From positions 23,188,001 through 23,252,000 of the forward strand of contig OZ059900.1 in assembly GCA_964057225.1 (NCBI GenBank): DNA of 64,000 nt, read 5' to 3'. The notes under the pieces were generated by a model. It worked only from the letters and a program-made list of their open reading frames with translations, was not told the DNA's origin and searched no databases. Below are positions 14,301 through 27,500 of this stretch, piece after piece. The position numbers and the translations under genes are program-made. Within the stretch, counting starts at the first letter, position 1. Each line of letters begins with the position of its first letter. The DNA is from Auanema rhodensis (Eukaryota > Animalia > Nematoda).

Positions 14301-17300
14301 ATGCTAATTTCCTTAATTTTCTAACACCCTGTTTTTTTGTCGTGAAAGAGGAACTAGACGTTGTACAAACAATTTTGAGCTAGGTTTCATTGACATTGCA
14401 TGAGTTTGAACACATGAAATCGTAAGTCAAAACCTTGTTTACAGCGAAATTTCCAAAAACTGGTTTTCCAGCATAATAAAATATTTCTCATGGGAAAAAC
14501 TGTGTTTTTGTATTTTTCTAGTGTTCAGCATGTAAAATGCTTCATTTTAGTATGTAACACGCTGAAATTCGTTGCATTTGACGACTCATATGAACAAAAA
14601 TCGATTTAATCAATATTAGCCATAAGGGGCGTGCCCTCAGAATATGCTAATTTCCTTAATTTTCTAACCCCTGTTTTTTTGTCGTGAAAGTGGAACTAGA
14701 CGTTGTACAAACAATTTTGAGCTAGGTTTCATTGACATTGCATGAGTTTGAACACATGAAATCGTAAGTCAAAACCTTGTTTACAGCGAAATTTCCAAAA
14801 ACTGGTTTTCCAGCATAATAAAATATTTCTCATGGGAAAAACTGTGTTTTTGTATTTTTCTAGTGTTCAGCATGTAAAATGCTTCATTTTAGTATGTAAC
14901 ACGCTGCAATTCGTTGCATTTGACGACTCATATGAACAAAAATCGATTTAATCAATATTAGCCATAAGGGGCGTGCCCTCAGAATATGCTAATTTCCTTA
15001 ATTTTCTAACCCCTGTTTTTTTGTCGTGAAAGTGGAACTAGACGTTGTACAAACAATTTTGAGCTAGGTTTCATTGACATTGCATGAGTTTGAACACATG
15101 AAATCGTAAGTCAAAACCTTGTTTACAGCGAAATTTCCAAAAACTGGTTTTCCAGCATAATAAAATATTTCTCATGGGAAAAACTGTGTTTTTGTATTTT
15201 TCTAGTGTTCAGCATGTAAAATGCTTCATTTTAGTATGTAACACGCTGAAATTCGTTGCATTTGACGACTCATATGAACAAAAATCGATTTAATCAATAT
15301 TAGCCATAAGGAGCGTGCCCTCAGAATATGCTAATTTCCTTAATTTTCTAACCCCTGTTTTTTTGTCGTGAAAGTGGAACTAGACGTTGTACAAACAATT
15401 TTGAGCTAGGTTTCATTGACATTGCATGAGTTTGAACACATGAAATCGTAAGTCAAAACCTTGTTTACAGCGAAATTTCCAAAAACTGGTTTTTCAGCAT
15501 AATAAAATATTTCTCATGAGAAATACTGTGTTTTTGTATTTTTCTAGTGTTCAGCATGTAAAATGCTTCATTTTAGTATGTAACACGCTGAAATTCGTTG
15601 CATTTGACGACTCATATGAACAAAAATCGATTTAATCAATATTAGCCATAAGGGGCGTGCCCTCAGAATATGCTAATTTCCTTAATTTTCTAACCCCTGT
15701 TTTTTTGTCGTGAAAGTGGAACTAGACGTTGTACAAACAATTTTGAGCTAGGTTTCATTGACATTGCATGAGTTTGAACACATGAAATCGTAAGTCAAAA
15801 CCTTGTTTACAGCGAAATTTCCAAAAACTGGTTTTCCAGCATAATAAAATATTTCTCATGGGAAATACTGTGTTTTTGTATTTTTCTAGTGTTCAGCATG
15901 TAAAATGCTTCATTTTAGTATGTAACACGCTGAAATTCGTTGCATTTGACGACTCATATGAACAAAAATCGATTTAATCAATATTAGCCATAAGGAGCGT
16001 GCCCTCAGAATATGCTAATTTCCTTAATTTTCTAACCCCTGTTTTTTGTCGTGAAAGTTGAACTAGACGTTGTAGGAACAGTTTTGAGCTAGGTTTCATT
16101 GACATTGCATGAGTTTGAACACATGAAATCGTAAGTCAAAACCTTGTTTACGGCGAAATTTCCATAAAATTGGTTTTCCAGCATAATAAAATATTTCTCA
16201 TGGGAAATACTGTGTTTTTGTATTTTTCTAGTGTTCAGCATGTAAAATGCTTCATTTTAGTATGTAACACGCTGAAATTCGTTGCATTTGACGACTCATA
16301 TGAACAAAAATCGATTTAATCAATATTAGCCATAAGGGGCGTGCCCTCAGAATATGCTAATTTCCTTAATTTTCTAACCCCTGTTTTTTTGTCGTGAAAG
16401 TGGAACTAGACGTTGTACAAACAATTTTGAGCTAGGTTTCATTGACATTGCATGAGTTTGAACACATGAAATCGTAAGTCAAAACCTTGTTTACAGCGAA
16501 ATTTCCAAAAACTGGTTTTCCAGCATAATAAAATATTTCTCATGGGAAAAACTGTGTTTTTGTATTTTTCTAGTGTTCAGCATGTAAAATGCTTCATTTT
16601 AGTATGTAACACGCTGAAATTCGTTGCATTTGACGACTCATATGAACAAAAATCGATTTAATCAATATTAGCCATAAGGGGCGTGCCCTCAGAATATGCT
16701 AATTTCCTTAATTTTCTAACCCCTGTTTTTTGTCGTGAAAGTGGAACTAGACGTTGTAGGAACAGTTTTGAGCTAGGTTTCATTGACATTGCATGAGTTT
16801 GAACACATGAAATCGTAAGTCAAAACCTTGTTTACGGCGAAATTTCCATAAAATTGGTTTTCCAGCATAATAAAATATTTCTCATGGGAAATACTGTGTT
16901 TTTGTATTTTTCTAGTGTTCAGCATGTAAAATACTTCATTTAAGTATGTAACACGCTGAAATTCGTTGCATTTGACGACTCATATGAACAAAAATCGATT
17001 TAATCAATATTAGCCATAAGGGGCGTGCCCTCAGAATATGCTAATTTCCTAAATTTTCTAACCCCTGTTTTTTTGTCGTGAAAGTGGAACTAGACGTTGT
17101 AGGAACAATTTTGAGCTAGGTTTCATTGACATTGCATGAGTTTGAACACATGAAATCGTAAGCCAAAACCTTGTTTACAGCGAAATTTCCAAAAACTGGT
17201 TTTCCAGCATAATAAAATATTTCTCATGAGAAATACTGTGTTTTTGTATTTTTCTAGTGTTCAGCATGTAAAATGCTTCATTTTAGTATGTAACACGCTG

Positions 17301-20300
17301 AAATTCGTTGCATTTGACGACTCATATGAACAAAAATCGATTTAATCAATATTAGCCATAAGGGGCGTGCCCTCAGAATATGCTAATTTCCTTAATTTTC
17401 TAACCCCTGTTTTTTGTCGTGAAAGTGGAACTAGACGTTGTAGGAACAATTTTGAGCTAGGTTTCATTGACATTGCATGAGTTTGAACACATGAAATCGT
17501 AAGTCAAAACCTTGTTTACAGCGAAATTTCCAAAAACTGGTTTTCCAGCATAATAAAATATTTCTCATGGGAAATACTGTGTTTTTGTATTTTTCTAGTG
17601 TTCAGCATGTAGAATACTTCATTTAAGTATGTAACACGCTGAAATTCGTTGCATTTGACGACTCATATGAACAAAAATCGATTTAATCAATATTAGCCAT
17701 AAGGGGCGTGCCCTCAGAATATGCTAATTTCCTTAATTTTCTAACCCTTGTTTTTTTGTCGTGAAAGTGGAACTAGACGTTGTACAAACAATTTTGAGCT
17801 AGGTTTCATTGACATTGCATGAGTTTGAACATATGAAATCGTAAGTCAAAACCTTGTTTACAGCGAAATTTCCAAAAACTGGTTTTCCAGCATAATAAAA
17901 TATTTCTCATGGGAAATACTGTGTTTTTGTATTTTTCTAGTGTTCAGCATGTAAAATACTTCATTTTAGTATGTAACACGCTGAAATTCGTTGCATTGGA
18001 CGACTCATATGAACAAAAATCGATTTAATCAATATTAGCCATAAGGGGCGTGCCCTCAGAATATGCTAACTTCCTAATTTTTCTAACCCCTGTTTTTTTG
18101 TCGTGAAAGTGGAACTAGACGTTGTACGAACAATTTTGAGCTAGGTTTCATTGACATTGCATGAGTTTGAACACATGAAATCGTAAGTCAAAACCTTGTT
18201 TACAGCGAAATTTCCAAAAACTGGTTTTCCAGCATAATAAAATATTTCTCATGGGAAATACTGTGTTTTTGTATTTTTTTAGTGTTCAGCATGTAAAATG
18301 CTTCATTTTAGTATGTAACACGCTGAAATTCGTTGCATTTGACGACTCATATGAACAAAAATCGATTTAATCAATATTAGCCATAAGGGGCGTGCCCTCA
18401 GAATATGCTAATTTCCTTAATTTTCTAACCCCTGTTTTTTTGTCGTGAAAGTGGAACTAGACGTTGTACAAACAATTTTGAGCTAGGTTTCATTGACATT
18501 GCATGAGTTTGAACACATGAAATCGTAAGTCAAAACCTTGTTTACAGCGAAATTTCCAAAAACTGGTTTTTCAGCATAATAAAATATTTCTCATGAGAAA
18601 TACTGTGTTTTTGTATTTTTCTAGTGTTCAGCATGTAAAATGCTTCATTTTAGTATGTAACACGCTGAAATTCGTTGCATTTGACGACTCATATGAACAA
18701 AAATCGATTTAATCAATATTAGCCATAAGGGGCGTGCCCTCAGAATATGCTAATTTCCTTAATTTTCTAACCCCTGTTTTTTGTCGTGAAAGTGGAACTA
18801 GACGTTGTAGGAACAGTTTTGAGCTAGGTTTCATTGACATTGCATGAGTTTGAACACATGAACTCGTAAGTCAAAACCTTGTTTACGGCGAAATTTCCAA
18901 AAACTGGTTTTCCAGCATAATAAAATATTTCTCATGGGAAATACTGTGTTTTTGTATTTTTCTAGTGTTCAGCATGTAAAATACTTCATTTAAGTATGTA
19001 ACACGCTGAAATTCGTTGCATTTGACGACTCATATGAACAAAAATCGATTTAATCAATATTAGCCATAAGGGGCGTGCCCTCAGAATATGCTAATTTCCT
19101 AAATTTTCTAACCCCTGTTTTTTTGTCGTGAAAGTGGAACTAGACGTTGTAGGAACAATTTTGAGCTAGGTTTCATTGACATTGCATGAGTTTGAACACA
19201 TGAAATCGTAAGCCAAAACCTTGTTTACAGCGAAATTTCCAAAAACTGGTTTTCCAGCATAATAAAATATTTCTCATGAGAAATACTGTGTTTTTGTATT
19301 TTTCTAGTGTTCAGCATGTAAAATGCTTCATTTTAGTATGTAACACGCTGAAATTCGTTGCATTTGACGACTCATATGAACAAAAATCGATTTAATCAAT
19401 ATTAGCCATAAGGGGCGTGCCCTCAGAATATGCTAATTTCCTTAATTTTCTAACCCCTGTTTTTTGTCGTGAAAGTGGAACTAGACGTTGTAGGAACAAT
19501 TTTGAGCTAGGTTTCATTGACATTGCATGAGTTTGAACACATGAAATCGTAAGTCAAAACCTTGTTTACAGCGAAATTTCCAAAAACTGGTTTTCCAGCA
19601 TAATAAAATATTTCTCATGGGAAATACTGTGTTTTTGTATTTTTCTAGTGTTCAGCATGTAGAATACTTCATTTAAGTATGTAACACGCTGAAATTCGTT
19701 GCATTTGACGACTCATATGAACAAAAATCGATTTAATCAATATTAGCCATAAGGGGCGTGCCCTCAGAATATGCTAATTTCCTTAATTTTCTAACCCTTG
19801 TTTTTTTGTCGTGAAAGTGGAACTAGACGTTGTACAAACAATTTTGAGCTAGGTTTCATTGACATTGCATGAGTTTGAACATATGAAATCGTAAGTCAAA
19901 ACCTTGTTTACAGCGAAATTTCCAAAAACTGGTTTTCCAGCATAATAAAATATTTCTCATGGGAAATACTGTGTTTTTGTATTTTTCTAGTGTTCAGCAT
20001 GTAAAATACTTCATTTTAGTATGTAACACGCTGAAATTCGTTGCATTGGACGACTCATATGAACAAAAATCGATTTAATCAATATTAGCCATAAGGGGCG
20101 TGCCCTCAGAATATGCTAATTTCCTAATTTTTCTAACCCCTGTTTTTTTGTCGTGAAAGTGGAACTAGACGTTGTACGAACAATTTTGAGCTAGGTTTCA
20201 TTGACATTGCATGAGTTTGAACACATGAAATCGTAAGTCAAAACCTTGTTTACAGCGAAATTTCCAAAAACTGGTTTTCCAGCATAATAAAATATTTCTC

Positions 20301-23300
20301 ATGGGAAATACTGTGTTTTTGTATTTTTTTAGTGTTCAGCATGTAAAATGCTTCATTTTAGTATGTAACACGCTGAAATTCGTTGCATTTGACGACTCAT
20401 ATGAACAAAAATCGATTTAATCAATATTAGCCATAAGGGGCGTGCCCTCAGAATATGCTAATTTCCTTAATTTTCTAACCCCTGTTTTTTGTCGTGAAAG
20501 TGGAACTAGACGTTGTAGGAACAATTTTGAGCTAGGTTTCATTGACATTGCATGAGTTTGAACACATGAAATCGTAAGTCAAAACCTTGTTTACAGCGAA
20601 ATTTCCAAAAACTGGTTTTCCAGCATAATAAAATATTTCTCTTGGGAAATACTGTGTTTTTGTATTTTTCTAGTGTTCAGCATGTAAAATACTTCATTTA
20701 AGTATGTAACACGCTGAAATTCGTTGCATTTGACGACTCATATGAACAAAAATCGATTTAATCAATATTAGCCATAAGGGGCGTGCCCTCAGAATATGCT
20801 AATTTCCTTAATTTTCTAACCCTTGTTTTTTTGTCGTGAAAGTGGAACTAGACGTTGTACAAACAATTTTGAGCTAGGTTTCATTGACATTGCATGAGTT
20901 TGAACATATGAAATCGTAAGTCAAAACCTTGTTTACAGCGAAATTTCCAAAAACTGGTTTTCCAGCATAATAAAATATTTCTCATGGGAAATACTGTGTT
21001 TTTGTATTTTTCTAGTGTTCAGCATGTAAAATACTTCATTTTAGTATGTAACACGCTGAAATTCGTTGCATTGGACGACTCATATGAACAAAAATCGATT
21101 TAATCAATATTAGCCATAAGGGGCGTGCCCTCAGAATATGCTAATTTCCTAATTTTTCTAACCCCTGTTTTTTTGTCGTGAAAGTGGAACTAGACGTTGT
21201 ACGAACAATTTTGAGCTAGGTTTCATTGACATTGCATGAGTTTGAACACATGAAATCGTAAGTCAAAACCTTGTTTACAGCGAAATTTCCAAAAACTGGT
21301 TTTCCAGCATAATAAAATATTTCTCATGGGAAATACTGTGTTTTTGTATTTTTTTAGTGTTCAGCATGTAAAATGCTTCATTTTAGTATGTAACACGCTG
21401 AAATTTGTTGCATTTGACGACTCATATGAACAAAAATCGATTTAATCAATATTAGCCATAAGGGGCGTGCCCTCAGAATATGCTAATTTCCTTAATTTTC
21501 TAACCCTTGTTTTTTTGTCGTGAAAGTGGAACTAGACGTTGTACAAACAATTTTGAGCTAGGTTTCATTGACATTGCATGAGTTTGAACATATGAAATCG
21601 TAAGTCAAAACCTTGTTTACAGCGAAATTTCCAAAAACTGGTTTTCCAGCATAATAAAATATTTCTCATGAGAAATACTGTGTTTTTGTATTTTTCTAGT
21701 GTTCAGCATGTAAAATGCTTCATTTTAGTATGTAACACGCTGAAATTCGTTGCATTTGACGACTCATATGAACAAAAATCGATTTAATCAATATTAGCCA
21801 TAAGGGGCGTGCCCTCAGAATATGCTAATTTCCTTAATTTTCTAACCCCTGTTTTTTTGTCGTGAAAGTGGAACTAGACGTTGTACAAACAATTTTGAGC
21901 TAGGTTTCATTGACATTGCATGAGTTTGAACACATGAAATCGTAAGTCAAAACCTTGTTTACAGCGAAATTTCCAAAAACTGGTTTTTCAGCATAATAAA
22001 ATATTTCTCATGAGAAATACTGTGTTTTTGTATTTTTCTAGTGTTCAGCATGTAAAATGCTTCATTTTAGTATGTAACACGCTGAAATTCGTTGCATTTG
22101 ACGACTCATATGAACAAAAATCGATTTAATCAATATTAGCCATAAGGGGCGTGCCCTCAGAATATGCTAATTTCCTTAATTTTCTAACCCCTGTTTTTTT
22201 GTCGTGAAAGTGGAACTAGACGTTGTACAAACAATTTTGAGCTAGGTTTCATTGACATTGCATGAGTTTGAACACATGAAATCGTAAGTCAAAACCTTGT
22301 TTACAGCGAAATTTCCAAAAACTGGTTTTCCAGCATAATAAAATATTTCTCATGGGAAAAACTGTGTTTTTGTATTTTTCTAGTGTTCAGCATGTAAAAT
22401 ACTTCATTTAAGTATGTAACACGCTGAAATTCGTTGCATTTGACGACTCATATGAACAAAAATCGATTTAATCAATATTAGCCATAAGGGGCGTGCCCTC
22501 AGAATATGCTAATTTCCTTAATTTTCTAACCCCTGTTTTTTGTCGTGAAAGTGGAACTAGACGTTGTAGGAACAGTTTTGAGCTAGGTTTCATTGACATT
22601 GCATGAGTTTGAACACATGAAATCGTAAGTCAAAACCTTGTTTACGGCGAAATTTCCAAAAACTGGTTTTCCAGCATAATAAAATATTTCTCATGGGAAA
22701 TACTGTGTTTTTGTATTTTTCTAGTGTTCAGCATGTAAAATACTTCATTTAAGTATGTAACACGCTGAAATTCGTTGCATTTGACGACTCATATGAACAA
22801 AAATCGATTTAATCAATATTAGCCATAAGGGGCGTGCCCTCAGAATATGCTAATTTCCTAAATTTTCTAACCCCTGTTTTTTTGTCGTGAAAGTGGAACT
22901 AGACGTTGTAGGAACAATTTTGAGCTAGGTTTCATTGACATTGCATGAGTTTGAACACATGAAATCGTAAGCCAAAACCTTGTTTACAGCGAAATTTCCA
23001 AAAACTGGTTTTCCAGCATAATAAAATATTTCTCATGAGAAATACTGTGTTTTTGTATTTTTCTAGTGTTCAGCATGTAAAATGCTTCATTCTAGTATGT
23101 AACACGCTGAAATTCGTTGCATTTGACGACTCATATGAACAAAAATCGATTTAATCAATATTAGCCATAAGGGGCGTGCCCTCAGAATATGCTAATTTCC
23201 TTAATTTTCTAACCCCTGTTTTTTGTCGTGAAAGTGGAACTAGACGTTGTAGGAACAATTTTGAGCTAGGTTTCATTGACATTGCATGAGTTTGAACACA

Positions 23301-24560
23301 TGAAATCGTAAGTCAAAACCTTGTTTACAGCGAAATTTCCAAAAACTGGTTTTCCAGCATAATAAAATATTTCTCATGGGAAATACTGTGTTTTTGTATT
23401 TTTCTAGTGTTCAGCATGTAGAATACTTCATTTAAGTATGTAACACGCTGAAATTCGTTGCATTTGACGACTCATATGAACAAAAATCGATTTAATCAAT
23501 ATTAGCCATAAGGGGCGTGCCCTCAGAATATGCTAATTTCCTTAATTTTCTAACCCTTGTTTTTTTGTCGTGAAAGTGGAACTAGACGTTGTACAAACAA
23601 TTTTGAGCTAGGTTTCATTGACATTGCATGAGTTTGAACATATGAAATCGTAAGTCAAAACCTTGTTTACAGCGAAATTTCCAAAAACTGGTTTTCCAGC
23701 ATAATAAAATATTTCTCATGGGAAATACTGTGTTTTTGTATTTTTCTAGTGTTCAGCATGTAAAATACTTCATTTTAGTATGTAACACGCTGAAATTCGT
23801 TGCATTGGACGACTCATATGAACAAAAATCGATTTAATCAATATTAGCCATAAGGGGCGTGCCCTCAGAATATGCTAATTTCCTAATTTTTCTAACCCCT
23901 GTTTTTTTGTCGTGAAAGTGGAACTAGACGTTGTACGAACAATTTTGAGCTAGGTTTCATTGACATTGCATGAGTTTGAACACATGAAATCGTAAGTCAA
24001 AACCTTGTTTACAGCGAAATTTCCAAAAACTGGTTTTCCAGCATAATAAAATATTTCTCATGGGAAATACTGTGTTTTTGTATTTTTTTAGTGTTCAGCA
24101 TGTAAAATGCTTCATTTTAGTATGTAACACGCTGAAATTCGTTGCATTTGACGACTCATATGAACAAAAATCGATTTAATCAATATTAGCCATAAGGGGC
24201 GTGCCCTCAGAATATGCTAATTTCCTTAATTTTCTAACCCCTGTTTTTTGTCGTGAAAGTGGAACTAGACGTTGTAGGAACAATTTTGAGCTAGGTTTCA
24301 TTGACATTGCATGAGTTTGAACACATGAAATCGTAAGTCAAAACCTTGTTTACAGCGAAATTTCCAAAAACTGGTTTTCCAGCATAATAAAATATTTCTC
24401 TTGGGAAATACTGTGTTTTTGTATTTTTCTAGTGTTCAGCATGTAAAATACTTCATTTAAGTATGTAACACGCTGAAATTCGTTGCATTTGACGACTCAT
24501 ATGAACAAAAATCGATTTAATCAATATTAGCCATAAGGGGCGTGCCCTCAGAATATGCTA
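2341..24560 (+). repeat. Tandem duplication of a 33-monomer (11,280-bp) block; copy 2 lacks one monomer
   Basis: Lines from 2341 match lines from 13621. Rare variants recur at +11280: GCTAAC 6790/18070, GAACTCG ~7583/18863, AAATTTG ~10126/21406. After ~10570 the offset becomes 10939 (CATTCTAG 12153/23092). Ends are uncertain by about 100 bp. Confidence 0.92.
5474..7183 (+). repeat. 5-monomer higher-order cassette A-B-C-D-E, first of six copies (5474, 7525, 11625, 16754, 18805, 22564)
   Basis: Ordered markers. A: TAGGAACAGTT and TACGGCG. B: AAGCCAAAA. C: GTAGAATAC and ACCCTTG. D: GAACATATG and CATTGGAC. E: TACGAAC and TTTTTTTAG. Confidence 0.88.
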
Positions 24561-27500
24561 ATTTCCTTAATTTTCTAACCCTTGTTTTTTTGTCGTGAAA
24601 GTGGAACTAGACGTTGTACAAACAATTTTGAGCTAGGTTTCATTGACATTGCATGAGTTTGAACATATGAAATCGTAAGTCAAAACCTTGTTTACAGCGA
24701 AATTTCCAAAAACTGGTTTTCCAGCATAATAAAATATTTCTCATGGGAAATACTGTGTTTTTGTATTTTTCTAGTGTTCAGCATGTAAAATACTTCATTT
24801 TAGTATGTAACACGCTGAAATTCGTTGCATTGGACGACTCATATGAACAAAAATCGATTTAATCAATATTAGCCATAAGGGGCGTGCCCTCAGAATATGC
24901 TAATTTCCTAATTTTTCTAACCCCTGTTTTTTTGTCGTGAAAGTGGAACTAGACGTTGTACGAACAATTTTGAGCTAGGTTTCATTGACATTGCATGAGT
25001 TTGAACACATGAAATCGTAAGTCAAAACCTTGTTTACAGCGAAATTTCCAAAAACTGGTTTTCCAGCATAATAAAATATTTCTCATGGGAAATACTGTGT
25101 TTTTGTATTTTTTTAGTGTTCAGCATGTAAAATGCTTCATTTTAGTATGTAACACGCTGAAATTCGTTGCATTTGACGACTCATATGAACAAAAATCGAT
25201 TTAATCAATATTAGCCATAAGGGGCGTGCCCTCAGAATATGCTAATTTCCTTAATTTTCTAACCCCTGTTTTTTGTCGTGAAAGTGGAACTAGACGTTGT
25301 AGGAACAATTTTGAGCTAGGTTTCATTGACATTGCATGAGTTTGAACACATGAAATCGTAAGTCAAAACCTTGTTTATAGCGAAATTTCCAAAAACTGGT
25401 TTTCCAGCATAATAAAATATTTCTCTTGGGAAATACTGTGTTTTTGTATTTTTCTAGTGTTCAGCATGTAAAATACTTCATTTAAGTATGTAACACGCTG
25501 AAATTCGTTGCATTTGACGACTCATATGAACAAAAATCGATTTAATCAATATTAGCCATAAGGGGCGTGCCCTCAGAATATGCTAATTTCCTAAATTTTC
25601 TAACCCCTGTTTTTTTGTCGTGAAAGTGGAACTAGACGTTGTACGAACAATTTTGAGCTAGGTTTCATTGACATTGCATGAGTTTGAACACATGAAATCG
25701 TAAGTCAAAACCTTGTTTACAGCGAAATTTCCAAAAACTGGTTTTCCAGCATAATAAAATATTTCTCATGGGAAATACTGTGTTTTTGTATTTTTCTAGT
25801 GTTCAGCATGTAAAATACTTCATTTAAGTATGTAACACGCTGAAATTCGTTGCATTTGACGACTCATATGAACAAAAATCGATTTAATCAATATTAGCCA
25901 TAAGGGGCGTGCCCTCAGAATATGCTAATTTCCTAAATTTTCTAACCCCTGTTTTTTTGTCGTGAAAGTGGAACTAGACGTTGTACAAACAATTTTGAGC
26001 TAGGTTTCATTGACATTGCATGAGTTTGAACACATGAAATCGTAAGTCAAAACCTTGTTTACAGCGAAATTTCCAAAAACTGGTTTTCCAGCATAATAAA
26101 ATATTTCTCATGGGAAATACTGTGTTTTTGTATTTTTCTAGTGTTCAGCATGTAAAATACTTCATTTAAGTATGTAACACGCTGAAATTCGTTGCATTTG
26201 ACGACTCATATGAACAAAAATCGATTTAATCAATATTAGCCATAAGGGGCGTGCCCTCAGAATATGCTAATTTCCTAAATTTTCTAACCCCTGTTTTTTT
26301 GTCGTGAAAGTGGAACTAGACGTTGTACAAACAATTTTGAGCTAGGTTTCATTGACATTGCATGAGTTTGAACACATGAAATCGTAAGTCAAAACCTTGT
26401 TTACAGCGAAATTTCCAAAAACTGGTTTTCCAGCATAATAAAATATTTCTCATGAGAAATACTGTGTTTTTGTATTTTTCTTGTGTTCAGCATGTAAAAT
26501 GCTTCATTTTAGTATGTAACACGCTGAAATTCGTTGCATTTGACGACTCATATGAACAAAAATCGATTAAATCAATATTAGCCATAAGGGGCGTGCCCTC
26601 AGAATATGCTAATTTCCTAAATTTTCTAACCCCTGTTTTTTTGTCGTGAAAGTGGAACTAGACGTTGTACAAACAATTTTGAGCTAGGTTTCATTGACAT
26701 TGCATGAGTTTGAACACATGAAATCGTAAGTCAAAACCTTGTTTACAGCGAAATTTCCAAAAACTGGTTTTCCAGCATAATAAAATATTTCTCATGGGAA
26801 ATACTGTGTTTTTGTATTTTTCTAGTGTTCAGCATGTAAAATGCTTCATTTTAGTATGTAACACGCTGAAATTCGTTGCATTTGACGACTCATATGAACA
26901 AAAATCGATTTAATCAATATTAGCCATAAGGGGCGTGCCCTCAGAATATGCTAATTTCCTTAATTTTCTAACCCCTGTTTTTTTGTCGTGAAAGTGGAAC
27001 TAGACGTTGTACAAACAATTTTGAGCTAGGTTTCATTGACATTGCATGAGTTTGAACACATGAAATCGTAAGTCAAAACCTTGTTTACAGCGAAATTTCC
27101 AAAAACTGGTTTTCCAGCATAATAAAATATTTCTCATGAGAAATACTGTGTTTTTGTATTTTTCTAGTGTTCAGCATGTAAAATACTTCATTTTAGTATG
27201 TAACACGCTGAAATTCGTTGCATTTGACGACTCATATGAACAAAAATCGATTTAATCAATATTAGCCATAAGGGGCGTGCCCTCAGAATATGCTAATTTC
27301 CTAAATTTTCTAACCCCTGTTTTTTTGTCGTGAAAGTGGAACTAGACGTTGTACGAACAATTTTGAGCTAGGTTTCATTGACATTGCAAGAGTTTGAACA
27401 CATGAAATCGTAAGTCAAAACCTTGTTTACAGCGAAATTTCCAAAAACTGGTTTTCCAGCATAATAAAATATTTCTCATGGGAAAAACTGTGTTTTTGTA

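Noticed and set aside
26452-26649. 65-aa ORF MRNTVFLYF...
   Set aside because: It lies wholly within one satellite monomer. The consensus has a 39-codon frame, and a single T-to-A change at 26569 (TAA to AAA) extends it in this copy only. There is no recognisable domain or gene context.
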